Shown piece after piece: positions 28,213-37,851 of a stretch of 64,000 nucleotides of DNA. Made by a program: the position numbers and the translations under genes. The DNA lies in contig JBBISH010000003.1 of the NCBI GenBank assembly GCA_037441385.1, forward strand, positions 32,001 to 96,000, given 5' to 3'. The notes beneath the pieces were generated by a model that saw nothing but the letters and a program-made list of their open reading frames with translations, ran no database searches and had not been told where the DNA came from. How positions within the stretch are numbered: position 1 is the stretch's first letter; each line of letters begins with the position of its first letter. This stretch comes from Myxococcales bacterium. GTDB lineage: Bacteria; Myxococcota_A; UBA9042.

Positions 28213-29369
28213 CCGAGTATGGCCAGCGGGTTTTGTACTTGTCGGGCCCGATCGAGCCGCCCTGGACGCGCACCGACAAGAACTTGGTGCGCGGCGTGGC
28301 GACCCATCTGAAGCGCTACCGGCCGCGCGTGCTCACCCACGAGGGCGTGCTGTCACAGGATCCGGGCGTCGAGACCGAGCCGGCCTGGGGACCGCGCGTT
28401 GGCGGCCATACCTCGGTCGGGCGGCGGCTGGGCCTGTTCGCCAAGCTGATCGACATGCACGATGTGGCGTTGCTGCACCTGTTCTGGCCGGCGGATCGGC
28501 TGGTGGCCAGCGTGGTGCGCGCTGGCAGTCGCCTGAACGGCCTGCCGGTGGTCCACACGTTGGTGCACCCGCCGCGAACCACGGTGGGCGTCGGCGCTGG
28601 GCTGGTCGGGTCGACAGTAGTGTGCCTGAGCGACGAGACCGAACAGTCGCTGAATGCGGAAGGAATCCGCAACACCGTGCGCATTCCTGTCGGCATCGAA
28701 GTGGGCCAACCGCTGTCGGCGGGCGACAAGGCCGCCATCCGGCGCAAGTATCGAATCCCGCTGGATCTTCCCGTGGTGGTGTACGCCGGCGACTATGCCC
28801 ACGATCGCGCCGCTCGCACGGTGGCCGCCTCGATGCCGCGGGTGCTTCGCCAGATGGACTGCCACTTTGTGATGGCGTGCCGGATCCGCGACGACGACGA
28901 CGCTCAAGAAGAGCACCGCATCCAAGAGGCGATCGCCGCCGATGGCTTGGCCGAGAAGGTGACATTTCTAAACGAAGTCAAGAGTTTGCGCGACCTACTC
29001 TCGATCGCTTCGGTGCAGGTGTTTCCGGCCGACCACCACTACGAGAAGATGGAACTACCGATGGTCCTGCTCGAAGGCATGGCCGAGGGCGTGGCGCTGG
29101 TGGTGGCGACCAAGCCGCCGCTCACCGAGCTGGTCCACGCTGGCGTCGCCATCGGCATTCCGCCGGCGGATCCCATGGGATTGGCGGTGCCGGTGGTCGA
29201 GCTGTTGCGGCAGCCGGAGCGGGCGCGCGCGATCGGCGAGGCGGGGCGCGAATTGGTGAGCGAGCGCTTTGACATCCGCAAAGTGGCCGCGCAGTACGAA
29301 GAGCTGTACGACGAGGTTCTGGCGCGGCACAAAGTCCGCAGTTCTGGGCACTTCTGGGGCTTGGTGTAG
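28209..29369 (+). CDS. Glycosyltransferase family 4
   Basis: GT-B C-terminal motif VFPA...ELPMVLLEGMAEG; ERFDI...YEELY. Confidence 0.85.
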   Translation: MTEYGQRVLYLSGPIEPPWTRTDKNLVRGVATHLKRYRPRVLTHEGVLSQDPGVETEPAWGPRVGGHTSVGRRLGLFAKLIDMHDVALLHLFWPADRLVASVVRAGSRLNGLPVVHTLVHPPRTTVGVGAGLVGSTVVCLSDETEQSLNAEGIRNTVRIPVGIEVGQPLSAGDKAAIRRKYRIPLDLPVVVYAGDYAHDRAARTVAASMPRVLRQMDCHFVMACRIRDDDDAQEEHRIQEAIAADGLAEKVTFLNEVKSLRDLLSIASVQVFPADHHYEKMELPMVLLEGMAEGVALVVATKPPLTELVHAGVAIGIPPADPMGLAVPVVELLRQPERARAIGEAGRELVSERFDIRKVAAQYEELYDEVLARHKVRSSGHFWGLV

Positions 29370-29375
29370 GCGCAG

Positions 29376-30479
29376 ATGGACGCGGGGATGCCGGCGCAGG
29401 CGTGCGCGTGTACGTGGGGGTATGTCGCGGCCGCGGTGACGCTGCTGGCCCTTGCGACCTGGGCGCACCTGAAGTTCTGGGTGGCGCGCCTGCAGCGGCC
29501 GCTGCACTACGACGAGTCTCACCGCATCGACACGCCCGACGGGTCGGCCTTTGACCTGTACCGCCTGGGCCCTGGTACCGCCACGTTGCCGCCGGTGCTG
29601 CTGGTGCACGGCGTTGCGATCAACCACCGCAACCTGGACACGGACGAGAACGTCTCGCTGGCCAGGCACTTGCAGCATCTGGGCCGCGACGTGTGGTTGC
29701 TGCGACTGCGCTGCGGTCGCCACGACCTGAGCCGGCGCGAGCGCCTGACCACCTCGTTTGCCACGCTGGCTCAGTACGACGTGCCGCTGGCGGCCGCCGA
29801 GGTGCTGCGGCGCACCGGCAAGAACCAGTTGGACTACGTGGGTTTTTCCATGGGCGGCATCTTGCTCTACGCCACCTTGGGGCGGGCGCTGCCGGCCGAG
29901 CACGTGCGCCGTGCGGTGATCATGGGCTCGCCGGGGCGAATTGGCGTGATCGTGCCCGGCTTTGGCTGGTTGCGACGGCTGCCGGCCCACTGGATGCCTA
30001 GCGCGCCATTTCGCTTGCTGTCGCAGCTGGTGGCGTTTGCCTGCGAGTGGTTCGATACGCCGATGACGCGCCAGCTCTGTAACTTGGCCAATTGCACGCC
30101 CGGCTCGGTGCGCCTGACCCTGGTCGAGGCCGTGGCCAGCGTCCCGGGCCCACTGGTCCACGACTTCGTGCGGTTTGCCTACACCGACCACAAGGTGCGC
30201 TTGGCCGATGGCCGCGACATCCTGGACGATCTGGCCCGCATCGCCGTGCCGGTGCGCTTCTTTGCCGGCGCCGCCGATCGCTTGGGGCCGCCGCGCGCCC
30301 TGCAGACCGCTTTCGAGCGCTGGGGCGCCGCGCAACCGCAGATCGATAAGCACCTGACCATCTTGGGCAAAGCCCACGGCTACAGCGCGGACTACGGCCA
30401 CGCCGACTTGTCGATCGGCCGGCAAGCCGAGCGCGAAGTCTTTGAGCCAATCGGCGAATTCTTGGGAGCTGAAGCCTGA
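29376..30479 (+). CDS. Alpha/beta-fold hydrolase (lipase/esterase-like)
   Basis: LLVHG oxyanion motif; GFSMGG nucleophile elbow; GAADRL; YGHADL. Confidence 0.85.
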   Translation: MDAGMPAQACACTWGYVAAAVTLLALATWAHLKFWVARLQRPLHYDESHRIDTPDGSAFDLYRLGPGTATLPPVLLVHGVAINHRNLDTDENVSLARHLQHLGRDVWLLRLRCGRHDLSRRERLTTSFATLAQYDVPLAAAEVLRRTGKNQLDYVGFSMGGILLYATLGRALPAEHVRRAVIMGSPGRIGVIVPGFGWLRRLPAHWMPSAPFRLLSQLVAFACEWFDTPMTRQLCNLANCTPGSVRLTLVEAVASVPGPLVHDFVRFAYTDHKVRLADGRDILDDLARIAVPVRFFAGAADRLGPPRALQTAFERWGAAQPQIDKHLTILGKAHGYSADYGHADLSIGRQAEREVFEPIGEFLGAEA

Positions 30480-31621
30480 TGAGCCACCGCCCGCTGCGCA
30501 TCGCCGTGGATGCCACCACTTGGGCGCCGGGCCGCACCGGCGTGGGCCTGTACACCGAGCGGCTGCTCACCGCGTGGCAGGCGCTGGGCAGCGGCGACGA
30601 ATTGATCTTGTTTTCGAACAAGTTTCAAAGCGAGCCGGCGCGGTCCGGCCTGCCGGTCCATGGCCCGAACTTTCCCGTGCGGGCGGTGTGGCTGCAAGCG
30701 GCTTTTCCGTTGCAGCTTGCCCGGTTTCGTCCGGACGTGGCCTTCTACCCCAACTACCTGGCGCCGCTGTTGCCGCTGCCGGGCGTGCCGGCCGTACTGA
30801 CCGTCCACGACCTGGCGGTGTTCCTGTACCCAGAGACTTTTACTTTCAAGAAGCGGGTGTTGCAGCGTGCCGCCCTGCCCTATCTAGTGCGTAGGGCTGC
30901 AGCGATCGTGACGCCGAGCGAGAGCACGCGCCGCGACCTGCTGCGCCTGTTGCATCCGCGGCCCGAGCGGGTGGTGGCGACGCCGTTGGCGGCCCCGGCG
31001 GACTTCGATCATCGCCCCGACGAGGCCATGATCGCCAAGTACCGCGCCGAGTTGCAGCTCCCGGATCGCTATGTGCTGGCCGTGGGCACGCTGGAGCCGC
31101 GCAAGAACCAAGTGCGGCTGCTGCGCGCGTTCGAGGCGCTGGCCGACCGCTTCCCCGATGTGCAGCTGGTGGTGGCCGGCGGCAAGGGCTGGCGCGACGA
31201 CGAAATCTTGGCCTCCTTGGGCAACACACCGATCAAGCACCGGATTCGCTCGGTGGGTTACGTCACGCCGGAGGCGTTGAAAGTACTGTACAGCCAGGCA
31301 ATGTTACTCGGATATCCCAGCCTGTACGAGGGCTTTGGCCTGCCCGTCGCCGAGGCGATGGCGATGGGCACGCCCGTCCTGACTTCGCGCGGCTCCTCGC
31401 TCGACGAAGTGGCGGCGGGGGCGGCGATCGCCGTCGATCCGCTGAACCAGGCCGAGATCACCGCCGGGCTGGCGCGGCTGCTGGAAGACGCGGAACTTCG
31501 CCAGAGCCTTAGCGAAAAAGGTCTCAAACGGAGCGCAGAGCTCAGTTGGCGGCGCACCGCCGAGCAGACCCGCGAAGTGTTTCTGCGCGTGCGCGACGGC
31601 CGGCGGCCGGATGGGCAATAA
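30479..31621 (+). CDS. Glycosyltransferase family 4 (MtfB/WbaZ-like)
   Basis: TGVGLY, TVHDL, VGTLEPRKN, YPSLYEGFGLPVAEAMA. Confidence 0.92.
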   Translation: MSHRPLRIAVDATTWAPGRTGVGLYTERLLTAWQALGSGDELILFSNKFQSEPARSGLPVHGPNFPVRAVWLQAAFPLQLARFRPDVAFYPNYLAPLLPLPGVPAVLTVHDLAVFLYPETFTFKKRVLQRAALPYLVRRAAAIVTPSESTRRDLLRLLHPRPERVVATPLAAPADFDHRPDEAMIAKYRAELQLPDRYVLAVGTLEPRKNQVRLLRAFEALADRFPDVQLVVAGGKGWRDDEILASLGNTPIKHRIRSVGYVTPEALKVLYSQAMLLGYPSLYEGFGLPVAEAMAMGTPVLTSRGSSLDEVAAGAAIAVDPLNQAEITAGLARLLEDAELRQSLSEKGLKRSAELSWRRTAEQTREVFLRVRDGRRPDGQ

Positions 31622-31627
31622 CCCGCG

Positions 31628-31867
31628 ATGAGTTCAAACGATCTTCCGCTCGCGTGTCCGGTCACCCAGCAGCCGTTGACGGCGCTGCCGGACAACGTAC
31701 TGGCCGAGCTGCAGCAACTGGCGCAGATCCGGGCCTTGCGCAACGAAAACGCGGGATTGGTGGCCAGCGGTTTTGACGGTGCGCTACAGACCGCCGACGG
31801 GACGCGCGCGTACCTGGTCTACGACGGCGTCGTGGATCTGCGCCCTGGTGCTGGGGTTTTGCTCTAG
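31628..31867 (+). CDS. Trm112-family small protein
   Basis: LACPVTQQPL...DGTRAYLVYDGVVDL. Confidence 0.75.
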   Translation: MSSNDLPLACPVTQQPLTALPDNVLAELQQLAQIRALRNENAGLVASGFDGALQTADGTRAYLVYDGVVDLRPGAGVLL

Positions 31868-31972
31868 TCTGGCTTGCCTCCGTCGATCCAGAAGCAGCGC
31901 ACCCCAGTATGGCGGCAATCTCGTTCGCTGGCGGTCCGCGCCCGGATCAACCACCGCGCCGGGACGGGCAGG

Positions 31973-32002
31973 TTGACAGCCCCGGCGATGCGGGCCTAGG
32001 CT
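31973..32002 (+). promoter_or_regulatory. Putative sigma70 promoter
   Basis: TTGACA-N18-TAGGCT just upstream of the 32039 ORF. Confidence 0.5.
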
Positions 32003-32038
32003 GCTACCAGTCTATTCCAGCAGTGGAATTCGCAAGGT

Positions 32039-33292
32039 GTGCAGGTGGCGCCCGCCCCGACCGAGCCAGAACTCAGTACCGCAGTCCAGGCTCCCCGCCA
32101 AAGGCGATGGCTGCGCTGGCTCGCCGCGTTGGGCGCACTGGCGGCGCTGGCGCTGGCGGTGGACTGGCTCCTGACGCCGGGGCCGGGGACGTTACTGCTC
32201 CAAGAAGTGCGCCCATCCAGATTCTTGGCTCCCGCGGTGAGCGTCGCCGTAATGCGGGATCAACCCGTTTTGCTGCGGTTTCCGAGCAGGAACACGGCCG
32301 ACCTCCTGTCGGTGCGCCGGTTGGCGGGTGGCGTCGCGCTGCCGCTGCCGGTCAGCACGCCGGCCTGGGAATGGCCCCCGTTGGAAGTCGGCGATCACAA
32401 CTTCGTGGTCGCCGATGACCGGTTGTTCGTTGTGGAAGTGGCCATTGGTCGGTACCTTGCCAATACCGGCGTGCGGTCACCTGACGGCGGCCGAGATTGC
32501 CTGAGCGTGGTGCCACTCGCGGGCGGCCCCGCCCTGCGCCGCTGCCACTCACCTTCGTTGGACGTCTGGAGCATCGTGCCGGTGGATGCCGTCGATCGCG
32601 ACGTGTACTACGCCGGATACTGGCAGGATCACGACGCGGTCGCCCTGGCCGTCGCCGCCGGCGATGGTACCTGGCGTCGGCTCGATGTGGTCAGCCACGC
32701 GCACAACGACACGGACAATGTCGGCAATATCGTCCACGACCGCGACGCCATCTACTGGTCCACTCGGGCCCAGGTGCGGCGCGTAGATCGCAATAGTGGC
32801 CGTGTTCGAACGGTCTTCCACGTCGACTTGCCCACGGGCCGAGAGATCGGCGACGAGCTTGCGCCGCACTTGACCATGGTCGGCCGGACTTTGGTGGTCG
32901 CGTCCTACTCTAGCCTGAGCCCAGACGACTCCGTGCGGCCGGTCTACGCCTTGGATCCCAACCGCGAGGCCCGCGCTTCCACCACCGAACCGTTTGCCAA
33001 GCTGAAATTCACACCCTATCAGTCCACGACCGATGGCGTTGCGCTGTACGGTGCGGGCTCGAGGCGCATCTGGCGCTTGGACCTGGACGGTCATGCCCAG
33101 GCGCTGGCCTCCGTCGATTCAGGCTTCAAGTTGGCAGACTTGGCCGTTGCCGGCGATCGGGTCATCTACGTGGCAGGTTCGTTCCCAGGGCTCCTCCAGG
33201 CACCCAACGACGTGAGCGCCACGACGGCAGACCACCTCGGCGACACGCAAGTAGAACCGAGGACTTACAAGGTCTGGTCCGTGCCCAAGTAG
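32039..33292 (+). CDS. Membrane-anchored hypothetical protein, probably beta-propeller
   Basis: N-terminal TM; beta-rich repeats such as DAIYWS, ALYGA, RVIYV; ends VWSVPK. Confidence 0.6.
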   Translation: MQVAPAPTEPELSTAVQAPRQRRWLRWLAALGALAALALAVDWLLTPGPGTLLLQEVRPSRFLAPAVSVAVMRDQPVLLRFPSRNTADLLSVRRLAGGVALPLPVSTPAWEWPPLEVGDHNFVVADDRLFVVEVAIGRYLANTGVRSPDGGRDCLSVVPLAGGPALRRCHSPSLDVWSIVPVDAVDRDVYYAGYWQDHDAVALAVAAGDGTWRRLDVVSHAHNDTDNVGNIVHDRDAIYWSTRAQVRRVDRNSGRVRTVFHVDLPTGREIGDELAPHLTMVGRTLVVASYSSLSPDDSVRPVYALDPNREARASTTEPFAKLKFTPYQSTTDGVALYGAGSRRIWRLDLDGHAQALASVDSGFKLADLAVAGDRVIYVAGSFPGLLQAPNDVSATTADHLGDTQVEPRTYKVWSVPK

Positions 33293-33347
33293 CCCGCGGC
33301 TCGGGCCCAGGCTGCTGCCGAAACCGCACCAGCCCGCAGGAGCCCGC

Positions 33348-33950
33348 CTACACGATCCCCCACCACCGCCGCAGATCCAGCCCCACCGCGTCGAACGGCC
33401 GCAGCTTGACGCGCCGCTGCCGTCCTTCGGCGGTCTGGACGATGCTGTAGGCGCCCTCGCGCAGCTCCAGTACCTCCACAGTCTCGAGCAGCGGGTCGAC
33501 CAGCCACAGGTGCTGCACGCCCTGCTTGGCGTAGATCGGCAGCTTGCGCATGCGGTCATGGCGAGCGGTACTTGGCGACACCACTTCGCACACCCAGTCG
33601 GGCGCCAGCTCGATCCAGGGCGCTTCGCTGCGGGCGGGCATGCGCTCCAACCGCCAACCGGCCAGGTCGGGCACGATCACCTGTGGTGCCTCGTAGGGCC
33701 CCGGAAAGTGCAGCTCGGGCTCGAACAGGATGCGCCAGCCGCCGGGTGTGCGCGGACCACCGCCGCGGCCGAAGAATGCGCCAATCAGCTGCCCGCCCAG
33801 GACCGACGCTGCCTCGGTATGCGCCCCACCCGGCCGCGGCGACAGCACCAGCTCGCCGTCCAGGATTTCGGCGATCTTGTGCTCGGGCGCGGCCACCACG
33901 TCGTCATAGGTGGCGATGTTTCGCTCGGATTTGCGCGCTGTTGCCGGCAT
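33348..33950 (-). CDS. Uma2 (DUF820) family endonuclease
   Basis: EILDGEL..SPRP...H; VPDLAGWR; PDWVCEVVSPST...DR..K..IYA..GV..LWLVDP. Confidence 0.93.
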   Translation of the reverse strand: MPATARKSERNIATYDDVVAAPEHKIAEILDGELVLSPRPGGAHTEAASVLGGQLIGAFFGRGGGPRTPGGWRILFEPELHFPGPYEAPQVIVPDLAGWRLERMPARSEAPWIELAPDWVCEVVSPSTARHDRMRKLPIYAKQGVQHLWLVDPLLETVEVLELREGAYSIVQTAEGRQRRVKLRPFDAVGLDLRRWWGIV

Positions 33951-34036
33951 GTTCCACCTCTGCAGCTGTCCACCAGCATAGCACACGCGCCAGCGGCATC
34001 GACACTGCAGAGGCCCGGCCTCGTGGCCGGAGGCCG

Positions 34037-35236
34037 CTAGCCAAACGCCGCTTTGAGCGCGCCCTCGATGTCGGCCATCTGATCATCCACGTGCTCGATG
34101 CCCACGCTCAGGCGCACCAGCCGGTCGTCGATGCCGATCTCGGCGCGGCGCTCGGGCGGGATCGACGCGTGGGTCATGATGCCGGGGTGCTCGATCAGCG
34201 ACTCGACGCCGCCAAGGGACTCGGCCAGCGTGAACACGCGCGTCGCGCTGAGGAATTTGCGGGCGTGCTCGACGTTGCCGTCCAAGTAGGCGGTGATCAT
34301 GCCGCCGCCGGCGCGCATTTGCTTTTGCACCAGGGCCCGCTGCGGGTGCGAGTCCAGGCCCGGATAGACGACCTGGGCCACCCGCGGGTGCTGCTCCAAC
34401 CACTTGGCGATCGTCAGGGCGTTCTGGCAGTGGCGCTCCATGCGCAGGCCCAGGGTCTTCAGGCCGCGGAGCGTGAGCCACGAGTCGAACGGGCCCGGCG
34501 TGCCGCCGTTGGCGTTCTGCAAGAAGGCGATGCGGTTGGCCAGGTCCTCGTCCTTGACGATCGCCGCGCCGCCCACCACGTCGCTGTGGCCGCCGATGTA
34601 CTTGGTGGTCGAGTGCGTGACGATGTCGGCGCCGAGCTCGAGCGGACGCTGCAAGTATGGCGTCGCAAAGGTGTTGTCCACCACCACCAGGACGCCGCGG
34701 GCATGGGCGCGCCGGCACAGCTCGCCGATGTCGACCACCTTGAGCATCGGATTGGTCGGCGTCTCGATCCACAGCAGCTTGGTCCGCTCTTCCACCACCG
34801 CGTCAAAGGCGGCCGGGTCGCGCAAGTCCGCGTAGCTGAAGCGCACACCGTGGCGACGCCAGACCTTGTCGAACTGACGGAACGTGCCGCCGTACATGTC
34901 GTCCATCGCCACCACGTGGTCGCCGGCGTCCAGCAGCGCGATCAAGGCGTGGGTCGCGGCCAGGCCCGACGAAAAGCACATCGCCCGTGTACCGCCCTCC
35001 AGGCTCGCCAACGCCGCCTGCAGCGCATCGCGGGTCGGGTTGCTGGTGCGCGAGTACTCGTGGCCCAGGTGCTGGCCCGGCGAGGGCTGGGCAAACGTAG
35101 AGGTTTGGTAAATCGGCACCACCACCGCCCCGGTCAGCCCCTCGGGGTCCTGGCCGGCGTGGATGGCGCGCGTCTCGAAGTGGGCGTGGCTCCAGTCGTG
35201 CTTGGGCGCGGCCGGGGTCGAGAATTCTGCAGACAT
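34037..35236 (-). CDS. Cystathionine gamma-synthase/gamma-lyase family PLP enzyme
   Basis: YSRTSNPT, ETPTNP, VDNTF, HSTTKYIGGHSD, AESLGGVESL, RLSVGIE. Confidence 0.93.
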   Translation of the reverse strand: MSAEFSTPAAPKHDWSHAHFETRAIHAGQDPEGLTGAVVVPIYQTSTFAQPSPGQHLGHEYSRTSNPTRDALQAALASLEGGTRAMCFSSGLAATHALIALLDAGDHVVAMDDMYGGTFRQFDKVWRRHGVRFSYADLRDPAAFDAVVEERTKLLWIETPTNPMLKVVDIGELCRRAHARGVLVVVDNTFATPYLQRPLELGADIVTHSTTKYIGGHSDVVGGAAIVKDEDLANRIAFLQNANGGTPGPFDSWLTLRGLKTLGLRMERHCQNALTIAKWLEQHPRVAQVVYPGLDSHPQRALVQKQMRAGGGMITAYLDGNVEHARKFLSATRVFTLAESLGGVESLIEHPGIMTHASIPPERRAEIGIDDRLVRLSVGIEHVDDQMADIEGALKAAFG

Positions 35237-35253
35237 TTTGCTACCTCTTGGTT

Positions 35254-36195
35254 TCAGCCGTTGGGATGCTCGGCGTACCAGGCGATCGCCCGCCGCAGCC
35301 CTTCGGCAAATTTCACGGGCGCGGTGTAGCCCAGGTCGCGCTGCGCCGCGCTGATGTCGGCCAGGCTGTCGCGGATATCGCCCGCGCGCGCCGACATGAA
35401 CATCGGCTCGATCGACGTACCCAGCAACTGGTTGATGGTATTGACCAGATCCAGCAGCGACACGCGCTCATGGCACGCGACGTTGTAGACGTTGCCCGGC
35501 GCCGCCGGCGCGGTCATCGCCAGCAGGTTGGCCTGCACCACGTTGTCGATGTAGGCAAAATCGCGGGTCTGCCCACCGTCGCCGAACACCGTGGGCTGCT
35601 TGCCGGCCTGCATCCACGTCACAAAGCGCGGGATCACGGCGGCGTACTCGTTTTCGGGCGACTGGCGCGGCCCAAAAACGTTGAAGTAGCGCAGGGCTAC
35701 GCACTCCAGGCCGTAGCAGCGGGTCCACACTTTGCAGTAGTGCTCGCCCATCAGCTTCTGCGCACCGTACGGGCTCAGCGGGTCGGGCGCCATGGTCTCG
35801 ACTTTGGGCAAAACCGGCGTTTCGCCATACGCCGCCGAGGACGCCGCGAAATTGACGCGCTTGACGCCAGCCTGCCGCGCTGCCTGCAGCACATTCAGCG
35901 TGCCGCCGATGTTGACGGCATGGCTCGTCTCGGGGTCTTCCACCGAGCGCGCCACGCTGGGCAAGGCCGCTTGGTGCAAGACGTTGTCTGCGCCAGCAAA
36001 CACCTTGTCGAGCAGAGCGCGATCGCGGATGTCGCCCTCGATGATCTCAATATCCTGGGCAATATCCGCCAGATTGACCCGGCGCCCCGTCGAGAAATTG
36101 TCGACGACGCGCACCTTGTCACCGCGCTGCAGGAGCGCGTGGGCCAAATTCGAGCCGATGAAGCCTGCCCCGCCGGTGATGACGACCGTGGCCAT
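35254..36195 (-). CDS. NAD-dependent epimerase (WbpP/GalE-like extended SDR)
   Basis: TGGAGFIGS, HQAALPSV, YGAQK, LRYFNVFGPRQ, GDGGQTRDF. Confidence 0.92.
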   Translation of the reverse strand: MATVVITGGAGFIGSNLAHALLQRGDKVRVVDNFSTGRRVNLADIAQDIEIIEGDIRDRALLDKVFAGADNVLHQAALPSVARSVEDPETSHAVNIGGTLNVLQAARQAGVKRVNFAASSAAYGETPVLPKVETMAPDPLSPYGAQKLMGEHYCKVWTRCYGLECVALRYFNVFGPRQSPENEYAAVIPRFVTWMQAGKQPTVFGDGGQTRDFAYIDNVVQANLLAMTAPAAPGNVYNVACHERVSLLDLVNTINQLLGTSIEPMFMSARAGDIRDSLADISAAQRDLGYTAPVKFAEGLRRAIAWYAEHPNG

Positions 36196-36227
36196 AGCTG
36201 CTCCAAATTATGTGATTTTTTGAGAAC

Positions 36228-37475
36228 TTACTGATTCATACCGTCGAGGAACTGCTGATTCGTCTCGTACTTGCGAATCTTGTCCAGCAGGAATTCCATC
36301 GAGTCGATCACGTTCAGCGGGTGTAGCAACTGGCGGAGCAGCCACACACGGTTCAGGGTCCGCTCGTCGAACAGCAGATCTTCCTTGCGGGTGCCGGACT
36401 TGTTGATGTCCAAGCAGGGGAAGATGCGCTTCTCCATCAGCTTGCGATCCAGGTGGATTTCGCAGTTGCCGGTGCCCTTGAACTCTTCGAAGATCACTTC
36501 GTCCATGCGCGAGCCGGTGTCGATCAGCGCGGTACCGATGATCGTCAGCGAGCCGCCCTCTTCGATGTTGCGCGCGGCGCCAAAGAAGCGCTTGGGCTTG
36601 TGCAGCGCGTTGGAGTCCACACCGCCCGACAGGATCTTGCCGCTGGGCGGAACCACGGTGTTGTAGGCGCGCGCCAGGCGGGTGATCGAGTCGAGCAGGA
36701 TCACCACGTCGCGGCCGTGTTCGACCAGGCGCTTGGCCTTTTCGATCACCATCTCGGCCACTTGCACGTGACGGCTGGCGGGCTCGTCAAACGTCGAGCT
36801 GACCACTTCGCCCTGAACGGTGCGCTGCATGTCCGTCACTTCTTCCGGACGCTCGTCGATCAGCAGCACGATCAGGTAGATCTCTTTGTGGTTGGTGGCG
36901 ATGGCGTGCGCCAGCTCCTGCAGCAGCACCGTCTTGCCGGTGCGCGGCGGGGCGACGATCAGCGTGCGCTGGCCCTTGCCCTGCGGGCACATCAGGTCGA
37001 CGATGCGCGTCGTGAAGCTTTTGGGGTGGTATTCCAGGCGCATGCGCTCGCTAGGGTACAGCGGCGTCAGGTTGTCGAACAGGATCTTGTTCTTGGCAAC
37101 CTCGGGATCTTCGAAGTTGATCTCATCGACCTTGAGCAGCGCGAAGTAGCGCTCGCCTTCGCGGGGCGGCCGAATCTCGCCGCGGACCGTGTCGCCATTG
37201 CGCAGGCCAAAGCGGCGGATCTGGCTGGGCGAGACGTAGATGTCGTCGCTGCCCGGGAAGTAGTTGTAATCCGGCGAGCGCAGGAAGCCGTAGCCGTCGG
37301 GCAGGACTTGCAGCACGCCTTCGGAGTAGATCGCGCCTTCGCGGTTGGTCTGCGCCGTGAGCAGGCTGAAGATCAGGTCCTGGCGGTGCATGCTGGCGGC
37401 GTCTTCGATGCCGAATTCATTGGCCATTCCAACGAGTTCGGCCATTTTCATATGCTTGAGATCAATCAGATTCAT
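36228..37475 (-). CDS. rho: Transcription termination factor Rho
   Basis: [59 protein letters not shown]. Confidence 0.99.
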   Translation of the reverse strand: MNLIDLKHMKMAELVGMANEFGIEDAASMHRQDLIFSLLTAQTNREGAIYSEGVLQVLPDGYGFLRSPDYNYFPGSDDIYVSPSQIRRFGLRNGDTVRGEIRPPREGERYFALLKVDEINFEDPEVAKNKILFDNLTPLYPSERMRLEYHPKSFTTRIVDLMCPQGKGQRTLIVAPPRTGKTVLLQELAHAIATNHKEIYLIVLLIDERPEEVTDMQRTVQGEVVSSTFDEPASRHVQVAEMVIEKAKRLVEHGRDVVILLDSITRLARAYNTVVPPSGKILSGGVDSNALHKPKRFFGAARNIEEGGSLTIIGTALIDTGSRMDEVIFEEFKGTGNCEIHLDRKLMEKRIFPCLDINKSGTRKEDLLFDERTLNRVWLLRQLLHPLNVIDSMEFLLDKIRKYETNQQFLDGMNQ

Positions 37476-37736
37476 AGTTCACCAAAGGCGGTTGCGGCAG
37501 GACGGCTGGCAGGCTTGAGCCAAGCAGGAACGCGGGCGAGTCGCCAGGGCCGCGGGGAAATTCCGCCGGGGAAGGGCAGTGGGGCGAGTTGGGAGAAGCA
37601 GCTAAGTAACGGGAACGAGGGGGCAACTGGGCGCCAGGCGCCAGCTACGATCGACCGTGGTTCTTGGGGCGGACTCGAGGTCAACCGCCGGGCGGCCAAG
37701 CTCGAAACCCCTGGACCTGCGGGTGACGGTGGGCGA

Positions 37737-37765
37737 AGCATAAGAGTGGCGGCCCGGCCTGTCAA
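37737..37765 (-). promoter_or_regulatory. Putative sigma70 promoter of rho
   Basis: Minus strand TTGACA-ggccgggccgccactct (17 nt)-TATGCT. Confidence 0.7.
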
Positions 37766-37851
37766 GGCGCCAACTTGGAAGGCATACACTTTGTCGTTTG
37801 GGGCGCCTGCGCTACAGTGCAGGGGCGGGTGAGCGCCCGCGACGGCGGACC

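Noticed and set aside
29376..30479. PHA synthase (PhaC) call
   Set aside because: The nucleophile is Ser (GFSMG), not the PhaC Cys, and no pha genes are nearby.
33348..33950. Uma2 endonuclease as a defence or mobile system
   Set aside because: Solitary Uma2 genes are abundant in myxobacteria, and there are no partner genes.
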